From Candidatus Multivorans sp. (lineage in GTDB: Bacteria > Acidobacteriota > Thermoanaerobaculia > Multivoradales > Multivoraceae): 64,000 nucleotides of DNA. Where the stretch lies: contig OZ251997.1 in NCBI GenBank assembly GCA_965247095.1, positions 2,304,001 through 2,368,000 on the forward strand. The letters run 5' to 3'. The position numbers and the translations under genes were made by a program. The notes below the pieces were generated by a model. The model worked only from the letters and a program-made list of their open reading frames with translations. It did no database searches and was not told the DNA's origin. Of the stretch, positions 61,616 to 64,000 are shown piece after piece; the stretch's first letter is position 1; the number at the start of each line of letters is the position of its first letter.

Positions 61616-62623
61616 CTAACCATGGTGGAACGGCGCCACGAGCTGCGAGCCGTGGGATTCGTGACCGACCGGCAGTTCGAACAGGTCGCCCAGGGCCCCA
61701 CGCACGGCCGCCTGACGATCCGGCGGCACGACGAAGAGCAGGAACCCGCCGCCGCCGGCGCCGCAGAGCTTGCCGCCAAGGGCGCCCGCCGCCATCGCGG
61801 CGTGGTACCAGCCGTCGATCAGGGGCGTGGTGATCGACCCTGCAAGCTCGCGCTTCATCCGCCAGCCCCGGTCGAGGAGCCGGCCAATTCCCTCGATGTC
61901 GATCTCGCCGGCGCCCAGGGCCCGGTGCAGATTGCGCGCCTGATCGCGCATGCGACGAAGCGAGTCGAGGTTCAGGTCCGTGCGGTCGTCCTGCTCGGAC
62001 AGCACCGCGCTCGCGTCGCGCTGGTGCCCGGTCCAGAACATGAGCACCGACTGGAACAGCTCCCGCAACCGCTCGCCCGGGATGCGCAGGTGCTCGACGG
62101 TGACCCCGCCGTCCGGCTTGAACGAGAGCAGGTTGAGCCCGCCGTAGGCCGCGGCGTACTGGTCCTGCTTGCCGATCCGGGCGCCCAGCACGTCGATCTC
62201 GATGTGGCAGGCCTCCTCCGCCAACTGACCCGCCGAGGCGCGCTCGCCCTTGTACGAGTGAAGAGCGTTCAGCAGGCCGACGGCGAAGGCGCTCGAGCCG
62301 CCGAGCCCGGTCGACGCCGGCACGTCGCCGACGGTCGAGATGTAGACCGGGGGATCGACGCCCACGAACCGCAGGCACTCGCGGGCGATGTTGTTGTCCA
62401 ACTCGTCGATCCGCTCGACCTGCTCGCTGCGCGAGTAGTTGACGCGGACCGGCTCGAAGAACAGCTCGCTGTGGCGCTTGACCGTGACGTACACGTAGCG
62501 GTCGATGGTCGTCGACAGCACGGCGCCGCCCTCGCGCCGGTAGAAGGCCGGCAGGTCGGTGCCGCCGCCCACCAGAGACACCCGCAGCGGCGTGCGGGTC
62601 ACGATCAGCCTTGATCGGTCCAC
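61616..62623 (-). CDS. GHMP kinase, HddA-like heptose-7-phosphate kinase
   Basis: TPLRVSLVGGGTD, GLGGSS, GKQDQY and GAGGGGF. Confidence 0.9.
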   Translation of the reverse strand: MDRSRLIVTRTPLRVSLVGGGTDLPAFYRREGGAVLSTTIDRYVYVTVKRHSELFFEPVRVNYSRSEQVERIDELDNNIARECLRFVGVDPPVYISTVGDVPASTGLGGSSAFAVGLLNALHSYKGERASAGQLAEEACHIEIDVLGARIGKQDQYAAAYGGLNLLSFKPDGGVTVEHLRIPGERLRELFQSVLMFWTGHQRDASAVLSEQDDRTDLNLDSLRRMRDQARNLHRALGAGEIDIEGIGRLLDRGWRMKRELAGSITTPLIDGWYHAAMAAGALGGKLCGAGGGGFLLFVVPPDRQAAVRGALGDLFELPVGHESHGSQLVAPFHHG

Positions 62624-62645
62624 GTTTGCGTCGGTTCCAGCCGCC

Positions 62646-63095
62646 TCAGCCGTGCTGGAGCGCCCAGTCGTAGGGGATCCGGTCGGTGAACGGATCGAGT
62701 CGCTCCATCTCGTCGGGGTCGTGCGGCTCGGTGGCGGCGTTCGCCATGATCACCTGGCCCTGGCCGTAGGCCTTGTAGCCATTGGCGATCCCCGGCGGGA
62801 TCTGGACCAGGACGTAGTTGTCCTCGCCGAAGAAGACCTCCTGGACTTCGCCTTCGGTCGGCGAGTCTTCGCGCAGGTCGTACATCACGAGCTTGGCGCG
62901 GCCGCTGACCACGGCGTTGTTCACCGTCATCGACCGGTGGATGTGCCAGGCCTTGATCGTCCCCGGCCAGGCGGTCGAGAAGTAGATCTCGCCGAAGCCG
63001 AGGAAGTGCTCGTCCGTGGCCTTCAGCATGTGCATGATCTTGCCCCGCTCGTCGACGATCTGACGAAGCGGAACCACCTTGACGCCGTGGATCAT
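62646..63095 (-). CDS. RmlC-like dTDP-4-dehydrorhamnose 3,5-epimerase family cupin
   Basis: DERG, IKAWHIH, YDLREDSPT and IPPG. Confidence 0.88.
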   Translation of the reverse strand: MIHGVKVVPLRQIVDERGKIMHMLKATDEHFLGFGEIYFSTAWPGTIKAWHIHRSMTVNNAVVSGRAKLVMYDLREDSPTEGEVQEVFFGEDNYVLVQIPPGIANGYKAYGQGQVIMANAATEPHDPDEMERLDPFTDRIPYDWALQHG

Positions 63096-64000
63096 CCCTT
63101 CCCCTCCGGTTGTCTCTCCCCCGGTTCAACCTTGGTGCTGCCCGCACGGGCCTGGGAACGCGGGTGTCTCGCCCGCATCCGGTCCCGGTCGGATTCCCCC
63201 GTCCAGCGCAGCGAGCCATCCAGCCGCCCCGAGTCGAGCAGGCGGTTGAGCCAGCGCAGACGGACGAAGCGCGCGTCACTGTAGAGCACCGCATCGAGGC
63301 CGACGCGGCGGAAGTCCTCGATCAACTGCGCGGCGCCGGTCGCCGCTTCCCACCGGAACTCGAAGTCCGGGAAGGCGCGGGCGAACTTCTCGAACGACGC
63401 GCGGTAGGTGCGCCGGTCGGCGCCGGGTTCGCCCCGGACCTCCAGGCCGCAGCCGGGCACGAGATCGGCCGCGATCTCGGCCAGCTCGATCACGCGGTGG
63501 TTCAGGTGGTCGGCGCCGGTGTTGAAGGCCTCGTTGTGGACCACCGAGAGCGGCGCCTCGAGCACCCGGCAGAAGGCCGCCGCCACGTCCTGCACGTGGA
63601 CCACCGGCCGCCACGGCTTGCCGTCGCCGTACACGACGACGCGTTTGTTGGCGAAGGCGGCGCCGGTCAGGTCGTTGAGGACCGTGTCGAAGCGCATCCG
63701 CGGCGACAGTCCGTAGACGGTGCCGTTGCGCAGGAAGGTGGGCGAAAAAGCGTCGCTCGCCAGCTCGCGGATCGCCAGTTCGCTCTCGACCTTGGAGCGC
63801 GCGTACAGGGTGCGCGGGTCGAGAGGGGAGGTCTCGTCGACCGTTTCCGCGCTCGACTGGCCGTACATGATGCAGGACGACGAGAACAGGAAGCGGCGCA
63901 CGTCGGCCTCCCGCGCCAGCTCCGCCAGGCGCACCGACGAGCGGTGGTTGATCTCCTCCGTCCAGGTCTCGTCCAGGTTGCCGATCGGGTCGTTCGAGAG
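63092..64000 (-). CDS. NAD-dependent epimerase/dehydratase, 5'-partial
   Basis: LSNDP, SSSC, YARSK and SPRMRFD. Open at the window edge. Confidence 0.92.
   Translation of the reverse strand, partial: LSNDPIGNLDETWTEEINHRSSVRLAELAREADVRRFLFSSSCIMYGQSSAETVDETSPLDPRTLYARSKVESELAIRELASDAFSPTFLRNGTVYGLSPRMRFDTVLNDLTGAAFANKRVVVYGDGKPWRPVVHVQDVAAAFCRVLEAPLSVVHNEAFNTGADHLNHRVIELAEIAADLVPGCGLEVRGEPGADRRTYRASFEKFARAFPDFEFRWEAATGAAQLIEDFRRVGLDAVLYSDARFVRLRWLNRLLDSGRLDGSLRWTGESDRDRMRARHPRSQARAGSTKVEPGERQPEGKG
63151..63182 (-). repeat. REP-like unit A inside the epimerase 3' end
   Basis: 31/32 identical to 47371-47402. Confidence 0.85.

Overview
High-GC bacterial chromosomal window. It is probably Acidobacteriota, inferred from two Acidobacterial-type VWA proteins, an Oar-like TonB-dependent receptor and an ACIII-like operon. 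Housekeeping blocks are a SNF2 helicase, an ACIII/Qrc-like respiratory operon, an Atu/Liu-like acyl-CoA carboxylase operon and the end of a nucleotide-sugar cluster. They alternate with accessory or decaying defence DNA: a RelE-like/UvrD fusion, an AlbA-HATPase-wHTH gene, an IS4-truncated hsdR, tandem TIR genes, a broken type II R-M system and three VapBC pairs. Four things stand out. (1) 2.9-9.4 kb: a peptide cluster whose precursors carry both a Sec-type signal peptide and a double-glycine-like leader before a Cys-bracketed Gly/Ala-rich core. It sits beside a stand-alone membrane-anchored C39 peptidase, a membrane-anchored CxxC redoxin, an ABC pair and a Yip1 protein. (2) Two homologous ~135-nt structured non-coding elements, each directly behind a sigma70-like promoter. 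(3) An alternately inverted 18-bp repeat/18-bp spacer array with exact 36-bp phase on both sides of the AlbA-HATPase-wHTH gene. (4) A nested family of small palindromic elements with filled and empty sites, one copy inserted in frame inside a protein. All calls come from motif reading by eye; no database searches were run.
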